Of a DNA stretch of 64,000 nt, positions 50,272 through 64,000 are shown in pieces. Position numbers and translations under genes: made by a program. Numbering within the stretch: position 1 is the first letter of the stretch; each line of letters begins with the position of its first letter. The notes beneath the pieces were generated by a model that saw only the letters and a program-made list of their open reading frames with translations, was not told the origin of the DNA and did no database searches. Source of the DNA: Eledone cirrhosa (taxonomy: Eukaryota). Location: NCBI GenBank assembly GCA_964016885.1, contig OZ024742.1:131378001-131442000 (forward strand), read 5' to 3'.

Positions 50272-51298
50272 CTTTCTGGTTTTATAACTTCACAAATGTT
50301 TGCCAATAGAGAGACAGTCGGTTTCTAATATAGTTACAATACTCTCTCATTGGAATTTAGACATCAACTAGGTAGATATATGCATGTCTGTATGCATGTG
50401 TAGGTATGGATGTTATTGTATGTGTGGATGTTTATGTTTTGAGTTGTATGTGTGCATGTGCATACGCTTTGTATCTGTACATGTGTATATGCAGTTATTA
50501 GATGCAACATTTTTGGAATGTTTTACATACTTTTACTGTTCCATTAATGGATTGTACTTGTAATTTCCTAACTAGTTGTGTTCTTTCTGTTCCTGTGAAG
50601 CCCAGCTTCTCAAGATTTGTATTGAAGCAGATACTAACATACCTCAGTGCCCCAATAATCACAGGCATAAACCTGAAGGTATATTCATGGTGGAGTATCC
50701 GCAGATTTCTCATTAGTTCTGCATAAATATTCTCCTTTTCGCTAATCTTTGTTATTATATTGGCATCTGCTGGGCAGCTAACTTTCATTACTGTACATGC
50801 CTTCTTTTCCTTGGCTCATATCATTATATCTGGTCTGTTATGCCTGCATTTTATTGGGGTTTTTACTGGAACATTCCACCAGTACTCTTTCATATTATGT
50901 ATATGTATGTCTTCCACATTGCTGTAACTGTTAATGTGTTTATCATCGGGGCTATCTTTTCTACGGATTGCATCGTACAGTGTTTTGGCCACAACATCAT
51001 GCGTCATAGATAGATAGTACCGCGATAACATCTTTGGACAGCTGCTTATGACCTGGGTGACATCATCGATGTTAATTCTGCAGAGTCTGCACTCGTTGTC
51101 ACATCTAGGTGTTTTGCCTGCATTCCTATCTCTTTGGTGAATCAGGTATTTCGCGTTGATTTCCTGTTCTTGGATTGTAAAAGCATATCCATCAAAGTGG
51201 GAGCCAATATAGCGGTTGTTGGGCCAAGATCGACTACTTTTTTTATCTATATTAGTCTCAATCTGGAGTTTCCTGGCAACATATCCATGCATGATTTT
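50272..51298 (-). mobile_element. 5'-truncated R4/Dong-like RLE LINE (copy 3)
   Basis: IQEQEI..CRLC..VISSC..RYYL..HDVVAK..EYWWN..HNRPDI..VSCP.D..KENIY..PVIIGAL. Confidence 0.88.
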
Positions 51299-51331
51299 TA
51301 TGTATGTATATATGTATGTATACGTATACAT

Positions 51332-51640
51332 GTGAAGCAGAGTGGCTTAGTGATTAGGACATTTTCACGATCATAAGGTCGTGAATTCGATTCCTATCGG
51401 TGTGTTGTGTCCTTGAGCAATACACTTTACTTCCCATTTGGTCCCTCCACTGAGCTCGCAAAAACGAGTTGTCATGGAGTTCAAGTGGTCAGCCTCGTCA
51501 CAAACTGCACCACAGTGAATTTTGCTGGTAACTACGTTAAAGGTATACATGCATGTGGAATACTCAGCCAATTACACATTAATTTCAAGACCACACTGAT
51601 CTTTACTCTTCATCGGAACTGTCGGAGATTCAAAGGATAA
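51332..51640 (+). mobile_element. tRNA-derived SINE with CORE-like domain
   Basis: GTGGCTTAGTGATTAGG..AATTCGATTCC..TGTGTCCTTGAGCAATACACTT. Confidence 0.75.
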
Positions 51641-51647
51641 ATCTCTC

Positions 51648-51750
<103 letters not shown>

Positions 51751-51885
51751 GGATACTATTTATAGTTATGTATATTTTAAACTATAAACAACTATAAACA
51801 GGGAAGGTCAATAATTTATTACTACCTTATTACCAGTAAGATAGATAGCTCAAAGTAAGAACATCAGTTGTTTTACAGAGCAGTA

Positions 51886-51963
51886 ATATTGAATTCACAA
51901 ATCAAAGCTATGTTCAAAACATTTATCCGCTCATGTTTTGAACATAGCTTTGATTTGTGAATT

Positions 51964-51968
<5 letters not shown>
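51886..51968. repeat. Perfect ~37-bp-arm hairpin
   Basis: atattgaattcacaaatcaaagctatgttcaaaacat / atgttttgaacatagctttgatttgtgaattcaatat, adjacent to (TA)n. Confidence 0.85.
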
Positions 51969-51999
<31 letters not shown>

Positions 52000-53199
52000 C
52001 ATGTATACATATATATAAATATATATATGTATACACACAAACACGCACACGCAGATACACACATATACATACACATACACACATATGTATGTAAATATAT
52101 TTATACATACATAAATATATATATATATATATACATACATAAATAATGCAGGTAAATCTTTGATTGGATAAATAATAGCTTGGATATTCACTTCGTGTCT
52201 TTCATATATTATCTACCTATGCGTATAAATAAACGTTCGGTAATAAATAGTTAACTAAGATCGTATATGATTTCAAATATCAGTCTTTTACAAACAAAAC
52301 ATTTCATAAAGAAATAGCGATTAGAATAGTTCAAAACCTGAATTTAATAGTCCAGTATAATATTTCTTGCTTGAAGAATTTATCGACTCAGAATTAACGA
52401 AATTTAACAGACGAAGAGCACTGGTGGTTATTTCCCCGGTGTAACATTATTGGTGTTAGATTTAATATAAGTAAAATGCCATGGGAGTGATTAGTCTCAT
52501 GAATGGAATTAATCTAAATAAAGACATTTAAGTAAAAAACATGAGTGTAGTATATATACACTTTTTAATACTCTTTAGTTTTTCTTTGAATTATTTATCA
52601 CCTTTATGTTCTTTTTTCTTAGAAACTATAGAGTTATTTGTTCCATTGAGAATGATTGTACATTATTAGTATGAATACAGGAAATAGAAGACACGATGTG
52701 TTTGCTTTAATTTGCCAAATTAAACACTTCTTATTCCCATCAAAAATATACAGCATTTTCTGTCTGTGTAGTCAAAACGAACAATTATATAAGTACACTA
52801 TTGCTTTCAACTATTTAACCTCATCATTCAGCGTTTATATTTCGAATTCCAACATTTATTTTCGTCGTTCAGACATTCCAATAATAAGTGAAGTTTCTAA
52901 ATTGGTGTCAGTTTGTTGACTTTTCTCAGAATTCTCAAAATTCGGCGTTGTATAAAAATTCCCAAAACAAAAACAGCGCATTTCGATCTCTTTGCGCAAG
53001 GATCGAAATATATATATAATATTAATTATCAGTTAAGAAAAATGACAAATGGCAAATACGATAATTATACTAACTATAATAGCAGGACTGGCAATTTAAT
53101 AAGGGTGTTACCTGAATAAACCCCAGCAAGTTAGGAAAATGATGTGTGATAGTAATACTGTTTACAAATTATATTAGCGAGGTAAGGGAAATAGACAGC

Positions 53200-53296
53200 G
53201 GTTAACTTTGCCTTTCATCCTTACGGGGTCGATAAAATAAAGTACAAGTAATGCAGTGGGTAATTGCTGGCCTTGTGCCAAAAGTAGAAACAATTA
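53200..53296 (+). mobile_element. 5'-truncated SINE
   Basis: GGTTAACTTTGCCTTTCATCCTTACGGGGTCGATAAAAT..GTAGAAACAATT. Confidence 0.8.
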
Positions 53297-53471
53297 TTAA
53301 TCGATTCTGTTTCACCCACAACGTTTACTATCAGAGAATGTTGATATCTGAACCACATTTCTCGGATTTGTGCCCATGAAATCACAGTATACGAGATTCA
53401 AACTCTGCCATTCAGATTCAAAATATTACGAAGAAGTGAAAATCTCTCTCTCTCTCTCTCTCTCTCTATCT

Positions 53472-53502
<31 letters not shown>

Positions 53503-54614
53503 GGGTGTGTATGATTGTGTATAGAAGATTATATTAATAAAAGAATTCCAGCTTTGTCTGATTTACTCGTTTTATTTACAATCCTTTAAAATTTATAATG
53601 GCATTAGAATGAAATAGTATGGTAGAATATTAAATGTTAAGTGTTAATTGAACAAGTACTTTGATGCTTTCGCAATCTTCAGGTTCATATTCTGTGGTGA
53701 CAATCAAGTTTGCAATTTTCAACTGTGTTATATATATATATATATATAAACCTCCTACGTTTTCCAGATTCGAAATGAATTAAAATTGGCACCACATATA
53801 CGAGACATGTTAGCAAATGTGGGTACGAAACTGGCTACCCACCAGACACTGGTGGGGTGATTAGGGTAAGGGGAACCCCAGTATCACAAAATAAAAGACC
53901 TGCTAAAGGGGTGTATGAACCTCCCAGAATCAACGGTCATCCACACCCATCTATGAATTAAATAGTCACTTCAACCCACAAGCATGGGGAGTAGGGCTAC
54001 ACCCATGGCATGAGCAACAACAAACAGAAAGCAGTGGAGGGGTTCTTCCCACAGGATTCGGGAGGCCCTGGATCGAATTGGATTGATTGTGTTGAACTAC
54101 CGATAGTGATTTCGATTAACGCTCTATACTTTCTAAAACTTTGTCACCCTAAATTCTTTTTATTTCTGACGTTTGGTTATATAGGAATATTATTAATTTA
54201 CATTCAGATAATTTACTTCATTTTGACAATTAACTTCTATATTTAGACAATTGATTTCGAACATATGTAAATGACATCAAATATTGGCCAATAGCGTAGT
54301 TGCTTATATCGATCACACTTTATTCGTTGCTGAGGGATGGATATGAATTCAATTTTGACGGTAACTAGACGGGTATTTTTGCTATTTCTGGCAGTTCATT
54401 ATCCATAGTTTGGATTGCTTCGACATTTCTTATATTCTGGAGTGTCATGAAAAGAAAATTCAGGTGAGCTGAATAATGGTATACATTTGAATTACACGTC
54501 TTATAAATATTCATACTTCTACATTGGCACATACATTTATAAGTTTTCCATAACATTGCTTTGGTATGCCTTCGATTTTGTTCGAACACGTAAGGTTGTT
54601 GAAAGTTTAACCTT

Positions 54615-54945
54615 AGAATTTGAGTTCAAATACCGCCGAGGTTAACTTTACCTTTAATCCTTATTGAGTCGATAAAAGGAAGGAACAGTAACGTACTCAG
54701 GTCGATTTAATCGACTTTCTCCTCAACCAACCCCAAATTGTTGGCTTTCTTCCTAAATCAGAGGCCAGAATATTTTAAGTACGGTCGAATGGTAGTATCG
54801 GAAGAGCACCGGACAACCTAATCCCGCCGAGGTTAACTATACTTTTCATCCTTACGGGATCGATAAAATAAAGTATCAGTAACGCACTGGGGTCTATTTT
54901 CCTCTTCCCCCAAATTTTTAGCCTTGTGTCTAAATCAGAAACCCG
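54615..54945 (+). mobile_element. Two tandem decayed SINE copies
   Basis: CCGCCGAGGTTAACT..ATCCTT..TCGATAAAA occurs twice. Confidence 0.7.
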
Positions 54946-55699
54946 TCTATTACATATTTCAATTATTTCTTCGCTTTCTATCTAGAGGTATGCTTGTTAA
55001 AGTCGTAAAACTTTAAGACATAATCGTAACATGAAGAATAAATTTATAAATTGGGTAACGATACGAGGTTTGAAGTCATACAACATTATTTCATTTTCTT
55101 ATCGAATAATGAGATCCGTGCCCATGTAAAAAAATCATCATGTGTATAAGAAAGAATTATACATTGCACAACATCGATAAACGGTTGGGCTGGCGCCGCG
55201 TCTAGACATAAGTTTTTCTTAATCGAAGTGATATCAAATGAAATCTATTATTAGGCAAAATATCAGGAGAAATTATTTCAAGTAAACACAGTTTACTATC
55301 ATATTACACAAGGATTTTAACTTTGAATATCATGCACTACATGAGACTTCCACAGTCTGTGTTAGTATGACATTAAGAAGTTAATTATGGTTCATTGAAA
55401 ATAAATTTGGTTTAAGGAAGAAATGAAATCAATACGTAGATACAATTTCCACTGCATAACTGCAGAATTCAATAATTTTAAATAGTCAAAGACAATGTAA
55501 ATATGTTGTATCTGAATTTGAATTTTTTATAATATTGCATGAACAAATTTTGTTATTTGTACATACGCACATGTTTGTAACATGTACATAATTATATAAT
55601 TACCGATTATAACCAAATCAATGTTTTTGCAAATGACTGAAAATATCGAATAATGTACACCATTTTTCCCAGTATCACAAACATACTGGTCCATCCACA

Positions 55700-56555
55700 C
55701 ACACACACACACATACACACACACACATACACAGGCGTACACTAACATACAAACAGACATATAGACACACACACACTTCTCCGTATAAAACAATAACTGA
55801 AAAATATGTTTCAACATGTTAAAATACTCCCCCCACCCCTTCACACACACACGTACACACACATTCCTACTGACCGATTCATTCCCTCTACCACGAACCA
55901 CTCTGCTACACACAGCCACACCCACCAACACATACACACACACTCACACATATTTGTCTTAATAGACACCTGAACTGTTGACCTTTAAACATGACTGCAA
56001 TTCACACACACATCCCTACTGACCAGTATCACAACAATGAACCTCTTTACTACACACACATATATTTGTCTTAATAGACATGTTTTTCAGTGACTTCTCA
56101 ACATGACTGCAACTCAATCAAGCGGAAAAGGACACTCTTCGACAAATCTACATTTGGCGCCAAACCAGTTCGCGCTAAAATCAATTTTAACATTCACGTG
56201 ACTTCTATCGACCAATCAAAATTGTTTTTGCTACACAATTTTTGCAACATGAATTGGCGCGAATTTTATAGTGCTTATTCACGTGACATTCAACAACCAG
56301 CCAAATCTTAATACATCTGGAGCCACTTTTTTCACATAAAACAGGAAGAATTTCCAAAACTGATCAGATTAGAGCAAACATCACGAGCGCTCTATCTCAG
56401 AATTATTTTTGAAAAGCATTAGAAATGCGCAACCGGTAAAAACTTAAAACTAAAACTGAATACTAACCAATACTTATTAGAAATTTATACTTATTCCTAA
56501 TTAAACTATTTTTCACTGGGAAAAATTTGTCAGCATTTTCTTTTCCTTTTTACTA
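55700..56555 (-). mobile_element. Non-autonomous Helitron-like repeat
   Basis: Homologous to 26180-26608 and, inverted, to 27270-27580. Confidence 0.55.
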
Positions 56556-56559
56556 ATAT

Positions 56560-58365
56560 ATCACAACTCGTGTGTTACACCTCTATCTTTTTAAATATCA
56601 TATCCTCACACGAGATACAGAAAATGCCAACAAAAACAGATACAACTCTTATCAACACAAATAAAGAGATTCTACAGGAACTCAAGAAAATTAACACTAA
56701 CCTATCTGTGCTAGTCGACAAACTTGACTCCACAAATAAGGAAACCGTTACCGGATACAAACCCTCCGAAATCGGCGATAAACTTCAAAACCTTTGCGAT
56801 ACTATCCAAACTATTTTCAGTACTACGAACTCAAGAAAAACCAACGAAGAACCATGTGAGATTGATTCATTCAAAATGAAAAATCGAACAATCCCAAAAT
56901 GGAACAAATCCCTCTGAGACAGAATGTTCTCCTTCTGGAAGATGATACAAAATCACAACAAAGCGGAGATATATGAAAAATGGCTTAACTCAACCCCTTT
57001 AACTCACTCCCGAAAAATACAAATAGCGTCCATTACAAATGAATCCGAGCCTCAAAGACACCTTAGGGAAAGAATGGCATTGGAAAAAATGAAGACAGAA
57101 ATTGAACTTCTTAAATTGAGGGCCCAGACAAATGAGGAAAAAATCAACAATAAGACTGAAGGCCCCAACGTAGAGAAGATCTCTAAATTATGGAAAGAGG
57201 ACTGCAACAGAGAAGAGCTGAAATCCCTTCAACGCTGGGAAAAAAAGTGCCGCTTGCTTCCTAAATCGACATTTCAAACGGATTACACCTCCAATAATCC
57301 GTTCATAAAAATAGGAAAACCCATAACCCAACAGCAGAACAATTTCGCACCACCCCCAGCTACTAACAAAAGAAGAAGGAAGCACCACACCGAAAATGAA
57401 CTTACCAACCTCGCTTCCATAAGAAGGAACAAAAACCCTAGAAATCATCACCCCCAGAATGACATTTACAAATTTCCCCCTTCAAGGAGACACCATACCA
57501 AATCACTCAGCTACTACGCGGATGCCTCATCGTCAAACAGAGGGAAATATACCACCACCATGAAAGACGTAACAACTTCCCCGCCACAAGGGGACAGCAA
57601 GGTAATTTCCATTTTCTCAACTCTTGCTTCCACAATACACAACAAAACCCACACCACACGATACAACCAACAACGTAGACCACCTATAACACCACAATCC
57701 AACATGGCACATAGAAACACACATCCATACTCGCAATACAGGAACACCCCATTCAATCCACAACCACGAACCCGAACCACATTTTACAACAACAAGGAAT
57801 ATAACAAACACAGGAGACCACTTAACATCAGCAGACAACCCCTCTACCCCAACCATCTTTTAGACAGCACACAGATATAGGCAAACAAAATAACACAAGA
57901 CAGGGAGGAGAAACCGAGAGTAATAAAAATTATCAATCTAACTAGTGCAGAACCAACTCCCAACCTTATCAACTTACTCTCCAAAGGTCTTAAATTCACC
58001 CTCCGCCCCTACGCCCTGACTACTATGAAATGAAGGAAGACATCACAGAATTCTGTAGAGAGTTACGACTCAGTGAAGAACTATTCGAACAGTACAATGA
58101 GGATGAATCATTAGCCAGAAATAGAAGCAACTACACCCCATCGAAAGGTAGAAATAAACTCCTGAACTAATTCTGTGAACACATTACAAACTTCCCTTAC
58201 CAACACTTGCACAGACAAAAACACAAGCCAAACCTCAACAAGAAAGAATCAGAAGAATTAAATAGATTAAAAACCGACAGAACTATTACAATTAAAGAGG
58301 CTGATAAAGGGAGTGCAGTAGTCCTAATGGAGACAGAATCCTATATCAACTTAGCGTCTCCACTT
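56560..58365 (+). pseudogene. 5' part of a second Neptune-type PLE: ORF1 (coiled-coil + low-complexity) and start of RT ORF, decayed
   Basis: ORFs 56570-56917 and 56924-57880, then KIINL..LLSKGLKF..LN..E..L..ITIKEADKGSAVV, collinear with 39041-39480. Confidence 0.85.
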
Positions 58366-58369
58366 TTTA

Positions 58370-58404
<35 letters not shown>

Positions 58405-59048
58405 TAACAGATTAAAGTTTAAGCAAAGAATAGCTGCTTTCACCATTTAACGGGATCTTCTGAAACTAAAAAAGTCAATCTGTGAACGCAAAAGTAAATA
58501 TTTCAAAAAACGTTGCAACCGAAGGAAGACAGGAAGACGATACTTTGGTTCGTGGAAACTTTCCCTGGCAAAGACCGGAAACAAACGAAGATAATACGTC
58601 ATTATTTGGTGCGATAAGAGCAATTACACGCAAAGTCAAAACCACGTTTATGGTATAAATAAAGTCGTAGACTAATATTCTATTAGGTGGTTCATTGTGT
58701 GTGCGCGTGTATACATAATTAAATAAACGTATATAAATATACACACATTATATATACTGGTACATGTGCATTTGGTTGTGTGTATACGTGAGTTTTGCGC
58801 CTGTGTGAGTATGCGGGTTCGTACGTATGTAGGGTGTGTGTATATGTGTCCCCTGTGTTTTGGTTGACGTCGTCCGCGAACAAATGTGTATTTACATGTA
58901 GGTGTGTGTGTGCATGCGTTATATACGTATTTATGTGTGTATATTTATATATGTTTATTTAATTATGTATACACGCACATACACACATGTATATGTATAT
59001 ATGTTTTTATATATATTTTTATGTGTATTTGGTGTATACGTTCGTATG

Positions 59049-59908
59049 TTTAAAATGTACCTATGAAGAAACAATAGATAAATAAATGATAGCTATTTTA
59101 TCCGCGATCCACCGCTACAGAAGATTTACCTAGTATTTCTCGTGAATGGTTGCCAAAAACACATATATATCTATGGCTCTGTCTAGTTTATGTAAATGTA
59201 AACCTCTATATTTTATATACTCCAGTAAGGTTGAGTAAAACTTTAAGCAGTATTCGACTGCGCTTTCCAGCAACCAGTCTACTCGCCGTCAGGCACGAAT
59301 CACAAGCTTTCTGACTTGACCACTGGCCCTGTGACAATTCTTAGCCATTTTCAATTCGTTTCTGGGGGGGATCATTTAAGAAAAATCTTTGTCCAATTGA
59401 GTTTGTTTCCTGATGATTTCGAAACTCGTTGATTTATCCATGATCGGATATTTCCAAAAAAGTGAATGAAACACCATAGAGTAGAAACATAATTTTGGTA
59501 TGTTTATGTTAATTTTTTCTTCTAACTTTGATTTTGTACCTAATTGTGTATGGTTAGCTATATGTCTAGTCAATTTCTACGGGCTATTAGAAATACTAGG
59601 TAAATCCTCTGTGGCTGTGGATCGCGGATAAAATAGCTATCATTTATTTATCTATTGTTTCTTCATAGGTACATTTTAAACTTATAGCCTCGTTTAATTG
59701 ATTTTTTATGTGGTTGATTATGGTGATTGGGAGGAGAAATAATGTATATATTTTATCAAATGATTCTATGGACTTACTTTCTTATATATTGCTCTGATTG
59801 TTGATTATTTAATTAATTAATTCGTCATTGAGCCACACCGTGAATGGTTGCCAAAATCATATATATATCTATATCTATGGCTCTGTCTAGTTTATGTATA
59901 TGTAAACC
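59049..59908. repeat. Family G copies, one with an inverted segment
   Basis: 59049-59140 is the reverse complement of 59590-59681; 59141-59205 repeats 59839-59908. Confidence 0.7.
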
Positions 59909-60071
59909 TATATATATATATATATATATAATATTATATGTATGAGTTTGTATGTTTGTTTATACAAACATTTGAATATATATGTATATACATGTATTTA
60001 TATGTATATGTATACGTACGTAAATCGAATAAAATGTTATAAATTCTTTCTGAACCTACCTTTAGTTCAGA

Positions 60072-60134
<63 letters not shown>

Positions 60135-60452
60135 TTTATGTGTAATCAAGTCAAACTACATTAGCTGGAAATCTATTGGAAATATTTAGGTTTATCTCAA
60201 TCGAAAGCCATGTCGTGCAAGCAAAGGATCTGAAGATTTGCTTCAGCAGAGCAGAGCAGATTTTAATGTGTATTCAGTTATCTGGGGAGTAATTGATCAA
60301 AATTACTGAACCACAGATGAAACATCGGATAAAATATATAAATAAACAGATTGGTAAACAGAAAAGAATTTAAACTAAATCGTGAATATAAATAACAATA
60401 TTTAGATAATTTTATACATGAAATACATACATACATATACTTATAAGTATAT

Positions 60453-60517
<65 letters not shown>

Positions 60518-60540
60518 GTCACATGTATATGTATATATAC

Positions 60541-60611
<71 letters not shown>

Positions 60612-60621
60612 TATATATATA

Positions 60622-60701
<80 letters not shown>

Positions 60702-62641
60702 ACGTCCATATGTGTATATACATTATATATATATATGTGTGTGTGTGTGCGTTTGTGTATGTATTGGTGCGTGTGTCTATATACATCTTTAAAATCAATG
60801 TATTTTATATCAAGCCTGTTCCTAATATAATTCGTGCTGGAGCATGACTGAAAACACCCAAGCTCGAATCACACTTGCCATTGTCTATACATGTAAGGTA
60901 TAATCCCTCGTATTCCTATATATTGATATTCTATGCGTGATTATGTGTGTACTAGCATGATGTTTACAAGCTCTTTGTTGCTGTTACTGAACTTGACAAG
61001 GAATACCCCACGTTCCTTCATTAGACAGTCGATTCATCCTCTTTCTAATTCCCCCCACCTTCTTTATCGCTATTAGCCTTTGTCTATCTAATCATCTCTC
61101 AAATCTCATTTTTATCTTTGGCAACCCTCTCTCTACTACCACCTCTGTCACACGAACCCCCATCTACTATCCTTGTTTTCATATCCTGTCATTATTCACT
61201 GTGTTCAAACACACGTGGATTTCTCCCTTCTCGAAGAAGATCTTTTCCGATCATCACTACCACATCTCCGTACGGCATATAATTTTAAGGAACAATATAC
61301 AAACGCCCCACATACCTACACATCTATTTGTTTTTGTTTTGTGATTACTGTTTTGAACTAAATGTTTGCTTGTTTAAAACAATCGTGGGTACATCTATGT
61401 ATGTGTATTTAATTTCTCATTGATGAATAATAAATATTGATATTACGTACAATGATGTTTATATTTAAAACGTAGAAATTCAAGTTAGGTGTTAGTATAA
61501 GTAATTTTATTTACTAAAACAAATCTGCTAATCACTCTCTTTTCCGTTGTTCTATCGTTTAATTTTTCTTATACTATGGTCAATCAATGATAAACATTGA
61601 TTGCCAGCTGAATTAATTATAAAAATATAAAAAAAAATATATTGAACCATCCTAAACCAAACAGTGAGTACGTTTTACTATATTTTTTTCTGGCAATATC
61701 ATAACAACATGACCCTCCCCAAATATAACAGTATCTATTTCAACACTCATTTCCATATCAAAAACCCTGCAAAACAAATACATCGCCGTCACAATTTCTG
61801 TTTCATTTTCTCGTATTTCTTGCTCAATCTGAAAAGTTTTTAACCGATTGGAAAATATAAAATAAGTAAAGGGCCAGTAATTATTGAAGAAATTGTAGTA
61901 TCCCCATCCTATCAGATGCTGAATCTTGGGCACTGTACCTATACGTGTACACCATTGATTGTTTCGAAATCACGGCAATCTTCAAACGACAGAAAAGATT
62001 AAAAAAACTGACTAGGCATCTAAGCTTAGATACCTCTGATATTTAAATGGCAAAAGCAAGACTACTTGCCTTTGTGACACAATGATGTCAAACGACTGGT
62101 TAAATAACAACTAGACCAGATTACAAAGCACTGAATTTGAAATAGAGAGGCATGTTGCATGATATTGTTCTAGATATATTGTATCTGAAACAAAATATTT
62201 GTAGGATCATCATAGATATGATGCCTTTTTTCATAGTTCTGCAGGATCATGTTTGACTTTGGGCAAAACAAAAACATCCCCATTTTATAAGTAAAATTGA
62301 ACCCGATTTGTTTGTTCAAATGTTGCATTGTGTAATTTTCAAGTTGAGAGAATATAGGAAATGTAGAAAAGGGAAATTGCAATAATAATTTCTAACAGGC
62401 CACAATTATAATCAATTTAAACGACCTGAGTACTGTAATAGCGACTTCTATAATGAAGACTTCTGAGTATACAAATATTTGTAACGATTATAATGTAAGC
62501 ACAGATGACGCAAATGCAGACTTGTATGAAAAAATAACTCCATAATTACTATGTACATTATTATATACATAATATACATACGAAAGTAGAAATATACAAA
62601 TACATACATACATACATACATACATACTTACATACATACAT

Positions 62642-63290
62642 GGGGGGGGGGGGCATCAGCTGACAATAAATGTAGGCTATGTAAAACAAAGATCGAGGAT
62701 GTAAGCCACATTGTTGCCAGCTGCGAAAGAATGTCATCTCGCTACTACCTCCCCATGAGAACCATCTGGAACGCACTTTGGAAAACAAAATTAACAACAA
62801 ACGAGGAAGAATATATTGAGACAGATGGCACTAAGGAATACTGGTGGAACCTGAAAATAAAAACTGCCACCAAATTAAAGCACAACCGGCCTGATATTGT
62901 TGTTTGGGACCACACATTGAAAACGTGCTCTGTTGTGGATATCAGCTGCCCACTTGATGTAAACGTTGTCAGAAAAATATAGGAGGAGGACATCGACGAC
63001 CATTGATGAGGAGTTTACAAATCCAGTATCCAAGATACACCTTTAGCTTCATACCCATCATTATTGGTGCTACGGGTTATATACCAACCCGCTTGGACCA
63101 AAGTATGACTGAACTTGGATTTGCGGACAAAGAGCGCAGCTCCCTAATTCATAGTCTACAAATGGATGCGATAGCTGGCACCTTCAAATTTGCAAAACAT
63201 TCTTGCGATTCAAGGGATGACAATTTCTTTTCTTTTACAACCTTGCCACCAGGAAGGTGGCCGGTCAAAAAAATATACTCGAAATTAAGA
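62642..63290 (+). mobile_element. Decayed R4/Dong-like RLE LINE 3' fragment in (CATA)n
   Basis: HIVASC..RYYLP..KEYWWN..HNRPDIVVWD..DISCPLD..PIIIGATG. Confidence 0.85.
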
Positions 63291-63492
63291 GAAAGGGATA
63301 ACATATTTACATACATACTTACCTACATACATACTTACATATATACATACTTACATACATACATTGAAATTGGTTAAAATAATTACGTACATCATTGTGT
63401 GTAGAGATATATTACACATATCATTAAACACTACGCTGCCGGTAAAACAGACATACACCACACACACAACCAGATAAATAACCATATGTATC

Positions 63493-63523
<31 letters not shown>

Positions 63524-63699
63524 TACTTATAAGTGTGACGGACAAATGTCATAGTTTTTGTTTTGAAGTCTGTGTAAACATCAAAGAAAACATTTCCTAA
63601 TGAAAGATATTGAAATATGTCAATTTGTTATTATGATGACACCGTATTGTTGATTTACGCTTTAGACTATCTATCGATCTTTCACACACACACACACAC

Positions 63700-63947
63700 A
63701 CACACTCTCTCTCTCACTGTGTTTCGCTCTCAACAATAAACATTATAGTGAAAGTCTTTTCTTAAAGTCTATGGTTATCACTTTCATTCTGAGGACATAC
63801 ACGGTTCACCTATCTTTCACACACACTCTCTCGTGTGTTTCTCTCTCGACAACAACGTCTTTACACTCCTGCCTTTTTCACCCCTTCTACATATATGCTG
63901 TGGCGGACAGACATACGGAGCAACAGCCTCTCTTATATAGTATAGAT
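63700..63947 (-). mobile_element. Non-autonomous Helitron 5' end
   Basis: Minus begins A^TCTATACTATATAAGAG..GTATGTCTGTCCG, a typical Helitron 5' terminus; left boundary uncertain. Confidence 0.55.
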
Positions 63948-63959
63948 TGTATATATACT

Positions 63960-64000
<41 letters not shown>

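Noticed and set aside
53750-54260. GC-richer island next to (TA)n
   Set aside because: No second copy, ORF or RNA motif in the window to support a call.
54365-54589. Possible hAT transposase remnant (YHYSAHLNFL)
   Set aside because: Single weak motif; no TIR or TSD found.
61650-62400. Possible DNA-transposase or host exon remnants on minus
   Set aside because: No convincing motif or splice structure.

Overview
AT-rich eukaryotic repeat desert with no recognisable host gene. The tRNA-derived SINE families resemble those of octopods, so a cephalopod source is my inference. Kilobase (TA)n/(TATG)n microsatellites, which explain nearly all the long Y/I ORFs, are interleaved with transposons. These include a near-intact Neptune-type Penelope-like element (PLE; RT + GIY-YIG) whose upstream ORF joins the RT frame at an in-frame T-TTT-TTA -1 slippery site, and several PLE remnants. 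There is also a decayed RepHel Helitron carrying a nested RTE/RTEX LINE with a twin-priming 5' inversion, a CRE-like LINE in (TA)n, R4/Dong-like LINE pieces in (TATG)n, non-autonomous Helitrons and SINEs. The most striking signal is roughly a dozen type-I hammerhead ribozyme (HHR) motifs in short non-coding elements sitting in (TA)n. Three sequence-unrelated families share one cassette: octamer ATGCAAAT, a TATA-like box ~43 nt later, a hammerhead ~90-100 nt after the octamer, and a 3' hairpin. Two of them occur as 325-435 bp partial tandems. They are candidate promoter-bearing, PLE-mobilised retrozymes. All coordinates and folds were read by eye.
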